The translations under genes and the position numbers were made by a program. The notes beneath the pieces are model-generated. The model was not told the origin of the DNA. It saw only the letters and a program-made list of their open reading frames with translations, and did no database searches. A stretch of DNA of 64,000 bases from Lobosporangium transversale (taxonomy: Eukaryota), in assembly GCF_002105155.1 (NCBI RefSeq), contig NW_019028998.1:372001-436000 (forward strand). The letters are read 5' to 3'. Shown piece after piece: positions 1 through 12,301 of the stretch. Numbering within the stretch: the stretch's first letter is position 1; every line of letters starts with the position of its first letter.

Positions 1-722
1 GAGCATTTGAGTCACCGCTAGTGGTATGATCGACTACATCTACTGCGGCTGGTCTAGTAGTTGACTCTCCTCCAGCTTCTACCTCTGTAGACCGTAGTTT
101 TGCGATAATAGCATCTTTATACTCAATCTCCTTTTGCAACCTCACTACTAATTTCTGCAGTCGCTCTACCTCTGATTCAGCCTCCTTTGCTACAAACAAC
201 TCGAGCGCTTTGTCATCCAGAGTTGATGTGTAACTGCAAGACGCTTTAGAATCATTGGTAGGATTCGTTATTGATGGCTTTTGTTGCGATAATGACGATG
301 GATCAGAAGTGAGTTTTCTACATGTTTCCGAAGATGAGGGCGTCTCTTTAGCGCTTGTTGAGGAAGCTATAGTAGGAGGCGTGTTTTGCTTCTTCTTGCC
401 CTTCTTATCCTCGTGAAGATCCAGATGCACAGTTGTTGGTGGAGGGGTTGAGACGAATGAGGGGTTCTGTGACGAGACTAAAAGTGGAGATTGTGATGAA
501 GCTGAAGGTGCCACAGTTTGAGATGATGTTTCAGACTGTTGACTATTGCCACTAGCAACAGCGCAAAGCTCGTTCTGTGCGCGCTGCTTGGCCCGTTTAG
601 CTCTCTATCATATTACGATTCATCGATAGTGCCACTTATGAGAAGGACTATTGTTTGGTGCGACATGGTCAAAGAAAAGGGAAAGCAATGTATACCTTTT
701 TAGCATTCTTTACTTTCGACAT
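1..722 (-). CDS. Hypothetical Ser/Thr-rich protein with a coiled-coil segment (3' part runs off the window)
   Basis: ATG at 722, exon 1 MSKVKNAKK (696-722), GT-AG intron 605-695, exon 2 open from 604 to base 1 (RAKRAKQRAQNELCAV...ESEVERLQKLVVRLQKEIEYKDAIIAKL). No family motif recognised. Confidence 0.65.
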
Positions 723-1205
723 TTTGTAAGAATGACAAGATGGATGTATAAATATACAATTATAAAATGTGCTGTCAAATGAACGTTGAAAGAGAAGCGT
801 CTATTTTTTTTTTTTTGCATTTAGTGGCAAAATTTAAAGTTGATCTCGTGACCAAAATAAACTGCTACTGCTTTTTTTTTTTACCTTGACCAACAGACAT
901 GAATCCTGACCTTTTGCATTGTCTTAGAAAGTGGTTGCAGTTTTTTTGTCAAAAACAGTATCGCTTCTCAACGAATGTCATGGCTCGTCATAATAGGTCA
1001 AGCCTCAACAAAGTCCATTTCATTCTCAGTTGAGGCATGTAAATAGACAGCACTGTTGGATGAAAGTATATCCATTGGATCAAGTTACAACAAATTCTTA
1101 AGTCAAACGACTTATAAATTTCAAGCTAAAAGTGTCTGTAGAAGGGTCAAAATAATAAAACCACCTGGAGAGAGATTTATTTCTTATGCAACTGCATCTG
1201 CTGGT

Positions 1206-2123
1206 TTATTCGTTAATGTTATAAATATCGCCTCTATCACCGTCAAAACTGCTATCCAGGTCCGAGAGATCTTCACAGATGATGCTTGATTCGATGGAAA
1301 TATCAGCGTGCCTTTTTCTCCTAGAAGAAAAGAGTGTCTCGTTTCCATGATGCTCAGATTCAGCCTCAGAGTTCGATGTGCCCTCAGACATGCTATGGTC
1401 ATCCGCCTCCCATTCCTTATCCTTGTTATCGTCACTGTTGTAGATAACTCGCTGCACACCTTTACCGGAAATGATCGATTCCGGTACTGATGCACTTACT
1501 TCTGTTTTTATATTAATTTCTTCCATTTTCACAATACTACCAATATTTTCAATGTCTTCCGCGTGGCCGTTAATATTATTGCCGCTGGATGGCGCCGAAA
1601 GATGTAATTCAATAGAAATAGGGTATTCGCGCTTAAAGTTTTCGTCAAAAAAAAAAAAAAAAAAAAAAAAGGATTAAGATCGACTAAAACAATAGGCCCT
1701 CAGGTAAATGATTAGAGAACAAAAGCAATACCTCAAGTAAAGTGAGAGTACCGTTTTTGCAGATAGGGATAGGAGTATCCTTCGGAAGTACTTCCCCATC
1801 CAACATAGAGCGGTTAGTCCCTAGTCGTGTGATGGTCACATCGCTTCCAGAAGATACGATTTGGACTATTGGCGTATAAAACAAAATAACGATAATAAAA
1901 AGTCTTCAGATTCAGCAGCCGTTGTAAATGCGCATTGAGTATGATTGAATTTTTTTTTTTTTTTTTTTTTTTTTTCCTTTCAGTAACCTTGCTTGCGACT
2001 AATATGATTTGAAGGAAGGTTGAATGTTCCACGGCCGATGATGAGTGTCGCATCTTTCTTTAGCTCCAAAGTCTGGTCAGTGCTCTTAAGACAAAACGAA
2101 GCAATTACTTCGTGCATCGTCAT
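1206..2123 (-). CDS. Small FHA-domain protein (PNKP/aprataxin/APLF-type FHA) with an acidic C-terminus, 3 exons
   Basis: Spliced translation MTMHEVIASFCLKSTDQTLELKKDATLIIGRGTFNLPSNHISRKQ|VQIVSSGSDVTITRLGTNRSMLDG...LTLLE|REYPISIELH... carries the FHA GR...SRxQ...LGTN motifs. The last exon is D/E/S-rich. Confidence 0.7.
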
Positions 2124-2695
2124 GTCGTCCTTTCCACTCTTCTGTCATAAGCAATCAATACAGAAAGAAATCAAGTATATAGTTGAATGTCTGATTCCGA
2201 ATGAAATTTTGATTCGACAATTAAGGACAGGTGATTCTCACCGCTTAGTTCGTTTTATCTTTCTAAAACGAACCCGATAGTCTGGATGCAGGATTCATGT
2301 TTACATTTTTTTACATGGTCAGTGCTACAAATGGTTACCAGTCTATTTTTGTTGTCTCAATCTTTCTCCGCCGGCAGAATGCAATTCCCGAATTCGGTGA
2401 AGCCTTGGATCCAACTGGAAAAAAAGAGTAAAAAAAAAATAATTTATTCACATCTCAATGGTCTGGACTACGCTCCACGAAACTGTAACGTAAATGGGCA
2501 ATATATAAATTGCCAATTGATTGTGGCAAAGACATCATAGACAATCATCGATCGCTCTCTGTTGATTTTGATCTACATTTGTAGTCCAGAGCGCAGTCTT
2601 TTTTATTAGCAACTCTTTCTCTTTCTCTCTCTCTTTTTTTCTTCACTTTCCCCTCTCTCTACTCTTTCTATTGATTGATTCTCACACTCACAAAT

Positions 2696-4305
2696 ATGGC
2701 TGTTCCTGATACATCTTCGGCTTCTTCAAAATATTATCCAAGATTCACACTCTCTGCAGAATGTCGGCGTCCAGCTCCTGATGCACCTCTGACAGACCAA
2801 CAAATCTCAGCTCTTAATACTCTCCGCACTCAAATTCATACTGCGGTCGCAAAAACAGAGGCTCAACGTCGATGGGCCGATGACCGTTGTCTTTTACGGT
2901 ATCTCAAAGCCAGGCGTTGGAATATTAATGATACTAAACAAGCTATTCAGGATTCGATCCAATGGCGTGAGGATTTCAAACCTGATATACCTGATAAAGA
3001 AAGTCTTTGGGTTGAGGTAAAGATTAAAAAATAAAAATCACTTAATGTCCATGTCAACATGTCAACGTGCAATTGCATTTGGAATCAGACGAATGAAACA
3101 AAGGAACAAAGGAACAAAGGAATCTACGCAATTATTTCTCACGGAACCAATGTTTTGGGTTGTAAAAACGTGGAAAGAAAAGATGAGCACAGACAGAAAC
3201 GGTAAACAACTGAACACAGGTTTTTTTGTACATAATCAACAATTCAACTGGGCAACAATTCAACTGGGCAACAAGACAACATCGGATCTTATGGAGGAAA
3301 GAAGACTAGAAGTAGTGAAATCCTTCCACTCGAATCTCGAATCGTGCAAAATCTTTTTTCTTTCTGCTTGCATATCATGCTATGCGCATAATGCTGACTG
3401 ATCCTCCCCGAATCTTTTTTTTTTTTTTTTTTTTTTTTTTTGTTATTGTTGCTGTAACAATCCTAGACTGAACCTGGCAAGTTATATGTTTCTGGATTTG
3501 ACATGGAATCACGTCCTTTACTCTACATGAAGCCACGGTTAGAAAATACGACGGCCTCGATTCGACAGATCCGTCATGTGGTTTTTCATCTCGAGACAGC
3601 GATTGCTTTGATGCCGGAGGGTGTTCAGAACCTCTGTATCATCATTGACTTTGCAGGATCATCCATGACCAAGAATCCCGGCGTCGGGATTGCGCGTGAG
3701 ATTATTCATGTCCTCGGAAGCCATTACCCAGAGCGTCTAGGCAAGGCCTATATTATCAATGGTAAGATATGTGAATAGAAAAAAAAAAAAAGAAAAAAAA
3801 AAAAAAAAAAAATAAGAGAACGAACAGCTAATCAATCAATCGTTTGCTTCTTATAGCCCCATGGTTCTTCTTCCCATTCTACAAGTTGATCTCACCCTTC
3901 ATTGACCCTGTCACTAAAGCCAAGATTAATTTTGTGGATATGAAAAAGCAAAAGCCTAAATCGACTGTGATCTCGACTCCATCCTCTGCCACTGCATCTG
4001 AAACAGATCTATCTTCAACTACAACATCCACTAAAACATCCCCGTTCAAGAAAATCTCATCAGTGTCTCATCCCACTTCATCATCGTCCTCGTCTTCGTC
4101 GGTCTCTGATAATGTCAATCTGCTGGATGTAATCCCTGAAGATATGCTTGAGCAAGCTTTCGGGGGTTCATCAAGCTATGAATACAATCAGGAGATCTAT
4201 TGGAATGAAGCCTCCAGGGTCTTGGCTGAGGCTAGAAGCAATCTTGAGCAAGGAGCCCCTGTCGCTGCAATTGCCCCTGATACTAAGCCTAATACAGATT
4301 CATAA
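2696..4305 (+). CDS. CRAL-TRIO/Sec14-family phosphatidylinositol transfer protein (Pdr16/Sfh3-like), 3 exons
   Basis: Motifs DDRCLLRYLKARRWN, SIQWREDFKP, IIIDFAG, HYPERLGKAYIIN|APWFF, PFIDPVTKAKINF; GT-AG introns join the exons. Confidence 0.9.
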
Positions 4306-4325
4306 GACCTTCATAAATGATAGAA

Positions 4326-4361
4326 GGCTAGAGGGCTAGAGGGCTAGAGGGCTAGAGGGCT
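4326..4361 (+). repeat. (GGCTAGAG)4 minisatellite between convergent genes
   Basis: Four exact 8-bp copies read directly. Confidence 0.85.
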
Positions 4362-4536
4362 CCCAAATCCAAATACTTTTATTCAATTCATATTCATAGA
4401 TTCAACAAAAACATAAAGAAATACGATATACATGATATTATTTTATTGAAGATTAGTTACTACAGATTGAATAAAGATGATTATAAAACAGATTAATAGC
4501 CCCATAAGGAAAAGAAAAAAAAAAGAGGTATTTTTC

Positions 4537-6430
4537 TTAGACATCCCTACGCTTGCTGTTATCCTCAGCCAATTCTTCTTCATCTTCACTACGATCGTCT
4601 ACCACGCCACCTTTGGTGGCAAACATCTTGTAGACAATCCTGAAGATGGACCAAAGCCAAAAGAACATGAGTGATTGTAGTGTAAACAACAGGACAATGA
4701 CAACGCGATGCGTCAATTGAGAGTAGTACTCGCTACCATAAACAATCCACGCGTAGATAATGTGTCCATACAAGAAATGGCGGGTGTAAATCCAAATGAT
4801 CATGAAACACGCAAAGATGGGGTCACAGATACTGTCAGGCATTTCAATGTACTTGAAACATTTTCCAAACGATAGCACAATATCTGCCAGATCCATCGAT
4901 ACGAACACTGCAGTACCAAACGTTGTCACATTCAATGCCAATGAGAAAGTAATCAAGCTCACTGTGACAATATGGTGGCTAAGACATGAGAGAAGAGGAA
5001 TCATAACAGGAACAATAGGTTAGGAAAGTTACACTTGTAGCCAAGAACAAAGAATAGACAATTCAACAATGACATCATTGCTTATCACACTAACCAGACA
5101 GTTGCCAAAAAGTCTTTACGAGGTGCTTCAATAAAGAGGACAAACATTTGTTGGAGCCAGAACGCAAATTGGAGGTAATAATAGTACTTTGTGATGACAG
5201 GCAAGGCTGTGAGTGGATAGTCGTGAAAGAATTGGTCTGAATGAAACCAAACAAACCAGTTGTTCCATGTCGGAGTCAATTGGATACAGTACTAACACAA
5301 GTTCAACAAGTGGGGACGTTAATTCCTGATAAGCATTCATTTCATAAGGACTGATTGATTAACCCAAAATTTGAAATTTAAAGAGGTTCAAAGGAACAAA
5401 GAAGCTCTTTCAAGTGAAAAGATCCTTTCTTTCTTTCTTTTTTTTCTTCCTTCCTGTCCTCCCATTAATCTATCTATTCAAAGCTTGTCATCTTTTCTCC
5501 TTCTGATGAAAAATGATTTGATATTGATCGAACGCTCAAGGTATGTTGGATGTTTGTGTATGGTATGAGAAATGCGTGTCTCTTTTTGTGTCACGAACTG
5601 CGCTGTCTTGTATTTTGCTCTCACAAAGAGGTACATATTGCGTTGTTTTAGCTGTCTCCCTTTGAAATTGGATTTTTTTTTTTTTGAAGCTTCAACTAGG
5701 CTTAATAAATAACCTTCTTTTTTTTTTTTTTTTTTTTTTTTCTGTTTTACGGCTGTTGTTTCTTACCATGCCAAGGACCCAACTGCAAGAGTAATAGATA
5801 CAGATCCATCCTTGCTCTGCAAATCGAACCACAGATCGCTCACTGTTAGCGCCGAGATTTCGAGCCATGGGCGTCAAGATATAAGTCATGACCGAGGCCC
5901 TTAAAAATGTGAATGCTGCCACCCAGAAGATTACAAAATATGTATCGTTCCACGATTTTTCGTAAGTGGCTGTTATGGCATCATATTCCTGGAAGAACAA
6001 AAACTTCTTTGCAAAAGAGGTCGGAAACAAGACATAGATACTCATGATGGTGAGGATGAAGAACAGAGGGCCATCTAGTAGATTGTTTTATGTCCAAAGG
6101 ACAAAAAAGTAATAGGGTTAATAAAAATAAATAAAGGAGTGTCAAAATGGCGGCAAAAAAAACCCCAGGGGTTGCGGATAAATGAATAAAACCTGCTCTT
6201 CCTGAAAAGGGTTTCATTTGTTTACAACTGTCAATGCTATTTCAAGCAAAAGCAAATACGTTACCAATCTGGTGTCTGTCTAATGTTCCCAAGAACCCCT
6301 TTCTGCGTTGTTGCTGGCCATATTGCTGTTGTTGGGTGAACAGTCCTGCTGAGTTACTAGAAGCTTGCTTCTCAGTCGATGCGAGTACATGAGCACTGCC
6401 ATGAGGCTGTCTCAATGAGGAGGCCGCCAT
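4537..6430 (-). CDS. TLC-domain ceramide synthase (Lag1/Lac1 family), 4 exons
   Basis: VVRFAEQGW, KYYYYLQFAFWLQQ, Lag1 motif EAPRKDFLAT|CLSHHIVTVSLI...MDLADIVLSFGKCFKY, IWIYTRH, C-terminal DDRSEDEEE. Confidence 0.92.
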
Positions 6431-6753
6431 GAGTAAAAAAAAAAAAAAAAAAAAAGAGTCTAACAAGGGACACAGAGACGAGAACGAGAGAGAGATAGGA
6501 GCAATTGAAGCGGTAGTGAACGAGAATAAGAAAAAAGGAAGAGAAAGAAAGAAAGAGAGAGAGAGAAAGATAAAAGGTGAATGTCCATTTTTCAAATACT
6601 CCAGAAAAGACGCTTTTATACTAGACTTGATCCTCTTTCTTACCTGTCTTATGGTAAATGATGCAGAGAGATGAAAAGCACAACTAGTATAAATACCATT
6701 CCATGCAACCATGCAATCTGGTTCTATTTGTATTCCTTGAAATCATGCCATGT

Positions 6754-6784
<31 letters not shown>

Positions 6785-7315
6785 GCCATGTGTTTTGCTC
6801 TCTTCAATGATCAAATATTATTTTGTTTTCAGGCAGATCTATTTTGCGAAAGATTGATGCGCAACATGCAGTCGTTATGCACATGTTTATATTTTTTGAA
6901 CCCTGAAAGCAAAGACAAATAAAAGAAATGACAGAACTTGGATGACTAAAGACCATTGTAGGTCAATCAACATTTACTTCCTAAAAGCGAACGCCTGAAT
7001 ACTCACTTTCATAGGCGATCAACGGCTTTCAATTCGCTTTTTACTTTTTCTTTGTTCATCCCAAAATGTGACAAGAAGTTATCGACATTGATCACAAGAT
7101 ACAGATTATAATTATGCTACAGAAACAAGATATATTAATGCTATTTTGCCTTATTACATCCTTCGGAGGGCTATACTATGATGATACTAACGAGCTAACG
7201 AGCAGCAAAATTATGAAAATGATGTATAAAAAGTGAAGTTTGGGGAATATTGTGCGCTAGAGAGGAACTAAACGCACATCTCAGTGTATTTTTTTGTATG
7301 CAAGCATTGGCTTTT

Positions 7316-8906
7316 TTAAAGCTCAGACTTTTGGGGCTTCTCCTCGATAGCACCAGGAACAGAGGACTCGGTCTCATTCTCCATGTTGTTGTTGCCAAAC
7401 TGGTCCTGATGAAGATCGACATGCTTCATGAAGATCGTAGAGAAACAGGCAAATACTGCCAAGCTCATAGAGATGATCGACATTAACATCTGGGAGTCAC
7501 CCCAAGCCCGGATAACCTGTCCCTTGGTGGTAGGATCCAAAGTAGGGATGTAGAGAATGGGGGAGTCCATAGCCAACCTCTCATCATAAGGGCCAGTTAC
7601 ATACTGGCGCAACTTGCCGGGCAAATACTGGGTCCAGACACCTCCAGCTAAGGCACCTCCGAAAGCGCTTCCGAAAGATCCCAAAATTTGAGTCACACCA
7701 ATGAGGATAGCAATGTCTTTCCTATCAACCGCACCTGTGACAGCGACAGAACTGGCAATATTGGCCATACCACCAGCAGCACCGACAAGAGTCTGAGAGA
7801 TGACGACAAAGGCATCCGAAGAAGTAGGCAGGCGAGCGGGGATCATGAGGCCGATACCGATCGTGTGTACAACAATGCCAACCCAGACAAAAGGACGGAT
7901 GGTGTTGAAGCGTCTCATGGCAAGGGAGGTCAACAGCTGGAAGACCAGATAGGCTACTTGATAACCACGTTCGAGCAACAGGGCTTGACCATAGGTACGA
8001 TCACGTGAAATCATTAGGTAATAGGTATAGTATTGCCAGTTCATCGCGGCCATGACAGTCATAAAGAAGTTGACGACAAGACCTCCAAAGCAAGTAGGGT
8101 TAGCCCAGATACGCATGGGCATAATGGGCCTGTTTGTATACTTGATCTCCCAGAAAGCCAAAAGCGCCAAACAAATAACACCACTTATGAACATGCCCAG
8201 AATCTTGCCGTTTTTCCAGTTACCCTCAAAGGATTGGGCCAAAATCATGGGCAAAAGAGTCAGAGACATTCCAGCAGTGATCAAGATAGCTCCAATTACA
8301 TCGTACTCGTGCAACAACCAAAGAATCGAGCGGCGCTTAACGCTTTGGCCTTTGCGCTCAACTTTCTTTTGCAAATACCAAAGAGGAGTCAAGATGGCAA
8401 TAGCTCCAATGGCAGAAAGAACACCAATGATGACATAAACCATACGCCAGTTCTTATCAGGAGCGGTCAAAGGGTCAGTCAATGGTTGAGTTGTGAAGAT
8501 GTTTATGGCAGAGGGCAAGTCCCAAAGAGCAAAGACAATACCACGATTCATAAGAAGAGTGGTATCGGCAATCAAAACCTGTGTCAAAGTCAGCATACCG
8601 GTCGAACCAATTCCGTACGCGATCTGACCTAGAGCGTACTGCAGGAATGCTACAGAAGTGCCCTGAATTGTGTATCCGATCAAATAAAAGATCATGGCAA
8701 CAGTCAAGGCCTGAGCACGACCTACAACATCCGAAACCTTGGTATAGAAGGGAACCAGAGCAGCAGACAAAATTTGAAGGATCGTGGGGAGGATACTGAT
8801 ACGCGACGACTCCTCAAAACGGGCAACAATAGCTCCCTGGCAGTTGTACATTAAGTTGACCTCAAAGGAGTAAATGAAGGCCTGAATCAACACTCTGCAG
8901 GCAAAA

Positions 8907-8954
<48 letters not shown>

Positions 8955-9252
8955 AAAAACAAAAATAAAAAAGTTCGGATACAGAGCTTTCTGTTAGAAA
9001 TCAAGGCTCCGAGTATGATAGCAGGCAAATAGAAGTTCTGTATAAAAAGGTCACTGAAATAGCTCAGGAGACAGGCATGAAAAATATGAATGGAGTGGCT
9101 TACCCAGAAACAAGAAATAAGTATTCTTTGCGGCTGAAGAGGGAGCGATCCAGAATCTTTGAAATAGTGGCATCGCGTCCGTCTGGTTGCTGGTCCACGT
9201 TGTTTTGGAAATGAGGTTCCTCTCCCTTTAACTCTGAGTTAGTAGAGTTCAT
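7316..9252 (-). CDS. MFS siderophore-iron transporter (Sit1/Arn/MirB-like), 2 exons
   Basis: ATG 9252, intron 8895-9103. Multi-TM protein with KVSDVVGRAQ, IADTTLLMNRG, FGGALAGGVWTQYLP motifs typical of the fungal SIT subfamily; iron-GATA sites lie upstream. Confidence 0.85.
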
Positions 9253-9640
9253 GATGGAGAGATGAATAGTATGAACGTAAAAGCGTAAGGTTGTGCGTGA
9301 GTGCTCTTGCGAAGACTAAAGAAAGATAGCTCGATCACGAACAAGAGCGTTTCGGTGAAAGAGAGGATGATGTGGAGAGTAGAAAGGTGGAACCAAGGGA
9401 CTCTTTGAAGTGGAGTGAAGAGGCAAAGGAGAAAAAAAAAAGAAAAAGAAAAAGAAAAAAAAGAAGGAGAAAGAAAGAGGAAAATCACATATGAGAGAGG
9501 TACTTTTATAGATGCTAATGCTTAATGTGGGAGTTTAATGGCGGCTCTTGAGTTAGAGGAGAGTAATAGGAAAATAAAGCCCGATTCTATTCCGCATCTG
9601 GCTTTAGTATACCCTTCAAGAGTGGCTTAAAGTTGACTTG

Positions 9641-10342
9641 TTATCTGATAGAAAGAAAAAAAAAAAAAAAAAAAAAAAAGTCCAGACCATTGGCGGTTTT
9701 TTTATCAGATGCAACCTATACAATTATTAGAAAAGTATATATATATCATAAATCCATGTTGACAAAACGTAAGTGACACCGAATGCTGAAACTGATCTTA
9801 AAAAAAAAAAAAAAACTGAGCTACAACAGAAGGAACATTATTGATTCTTTCCATGGTATCCTCGCTAAAGAATTTGATGTACGCTTCAGAAGTAAGTGTT
9901 ATAATGTATATGTATATATTAGAAAATGAATAAACCCTGCGACGGGACTTTGAGCGAGAGTGAAAACGGATGATGGAAGGATGAGAAGGTTTCCATTAAC
10001 TGAAAATAAAAATAAAAATAAAAAAAAAAAAGCTTTTCAACTCTCAAAAGACTTAGCCCGAATGCGGCAAGAACCTGCATGGCTTGCTTCGGGTAGAGCA
10101 GGGAGTATAACGCACTGCAGTTCACTTGTGTATGTCATAGACACATCTCCACCCTTTGGATGGATGTTTTGTTTCTCAGTCTGAGTTATCAGATGCAATG
10201 AACTTTAAAAAATTTTCGCGCCCACGCCGTTTTCAGTGAACCTTATCTGATAAACAATTTATTAATTTTGTATCCGCTCACTCACTAACCCAAACTAATA
10301 AAAAGGGCAGTGTATAAAATAACAAATCATGACTTATCTGAT
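9641..10342. promoter_or_regulatory. Cluster of five ATCWGATAA iron-responsive GATA repressor (SreA/Fep1/Urbs1-type) sites
   Basis: TTATCWGAT at 9641-9649, 9702-9710, 10186-10194, 10243-10253 (TTATCTGATAA) and 10334-10342, all upstream of the siderophore transporter. Confidence 0.75.
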
Positions 10343-12301
10343 CCTTTCTCTTGCCGATGTTAGCTCTGGACTACGAGCGCTGATAAATGAACTGAATGAG
10401 AGGACACTAGTACAAAAAAAAAGAGGGAAGAGGAAGAAGAAAAGAACATCGTTGTTTAATTTTTTAATCTTTATTCATGTTGATGCTTTCGCAATTATGA
10501 TCTATCTTTCTATGAACACACGAACCAAAAAAAAAAAAAAAAGGTTCGATCTGTCGCTTTTCGATCGGGCACTTGCTCGTGAGGGTACAGCGATCGACTA
10601 GAAACAAAAAAGAAGAATCTTGGTTGATTTAGCGGCTCAGCTGAACTGTTCCTTTTAAACAAAACGCATTCATGATTACCATTAATTTTAAAAATGGCAA
10701 GCCAATGCTTTACAAAAAGATTGGGCTAGAACGAGATCAGGCCTAGCTTCCGACTCATTTGATCGACCTCACTCATGGATCCGTAACAATAAATCCTCTC
10801 CTACTATCCACTAGCCGAGTGTAGAGCCCAGGTGAAAGAAAGGCTTTCAGGCGCCTCTGCATGCTGGGCCATCTCTTTTTTGTTAGACTATCTCTCATCC
10901 CTTGCTTGCATGTTTGTTATTTTGTTTCTTTGTTTTGCTTGCATTATATATATATATATATTTATACATGTATATGTTTGTGTGGATTTTTTATTACGTT
11001 ACAAATGTAACAGAATCATGTTAGTCAATGCTATTTGTTCCATGCCACTGTTTCAGTGACGAAAGCTATCCATCTAACAGTTGATGCCAGCCTACCCTAA
11101 ATCGAGTTGAGTTCGCTGCTCAAGCAATTGGCAAGGGTAAGCTGGTCCTGTAAAAACAACCTGAACATCTAATGGTTACATTTCATCTTGGTCACACACA
11201 GATAAACATCCACGCGGGGGATGTATTTGCCTTCCGTCATTCTGTCATGTGTACATGGCATGTATATATATATATATATACTTTTGTTGACACTCTGTTC
11301 GACTATGAAAATAAACAAACCTAAAAAGTTAAATGCCTTCCAGTCTCAACCTGTCATTGGGCCACTGTAAACAAATGTCCGTAGAAGAGTCACTGAACAA
11401 CTAACAAACAATGTCCTGGGCCCCTCAGTAGGTGTTACATGGTTAAAGTTTTGCTTGAGCCAAAACACCATAACAACATCTCTTTTTTTTGTGTTCAAAA
11501 ATATTTGGTCTTTCAAATGAACTCGGAAAAAAAAGAGAAGGAAAGGAGGCTCCACACAGCCGTAGTTCTATTAGTGGAGGTTTCTTAATAGTCGCGAGTT
11601 TGGCAGTTTACAAATTCTCCATTGTTTTTGGTAATCGGCTGTTGCGATGAAGCTAACATGAACAAGATGAGAGATTCTTTAGTAAAACCATTATAGGATT
11701 ATATAACACTAGCTAACTCAACTTCACTCGATTTACAGAGTGACAGAAAAAATACAATTGGGTATCACGTCTTCAAGAGGCTCCAACAATAACAAAACGC
11801 CCAATCAGACCAAAATCTCATTCCGAGTATGGGACAGCCCGCCTGTATAATTCAAAAAATGGGTACAGCGATCATTTGAGACGCTTCATGCGTAGCCTCA
11901 ACTTTAATGATGACCCTGTAACCACCTTGATTCTCCTTTCAAGGAGTGCGATTAACAGCACACTTTATAACGTTGCTTCCCTCCTGTTCTTGGTATAAAC
12001 TATACAAATTCCGTCTGACCAGAATGGAAAGGAAGCAGCTTTTTAATCGACCGCCTCCTTTTTTTTTTTGCACGGAGTGCATTCTTCTTCCAGACCGAAC
12101 TCCTGTTGATTCCTTTTCCTGCGGGTGTGTGTAGAGTATATGATGAAATGGATGGGGTCATCCTGTACCGACGCTTTTTTTTTTTTACATTTTTACAGCT
12201 ATATTGAAGCTTTAATTGACAGACGCTTATTTATTTTCTCATTTTCTTTTCCTCGAGAACGATTCACTAATTTTACAATTTCATTAACAGAGATTTTGAA
12301 G

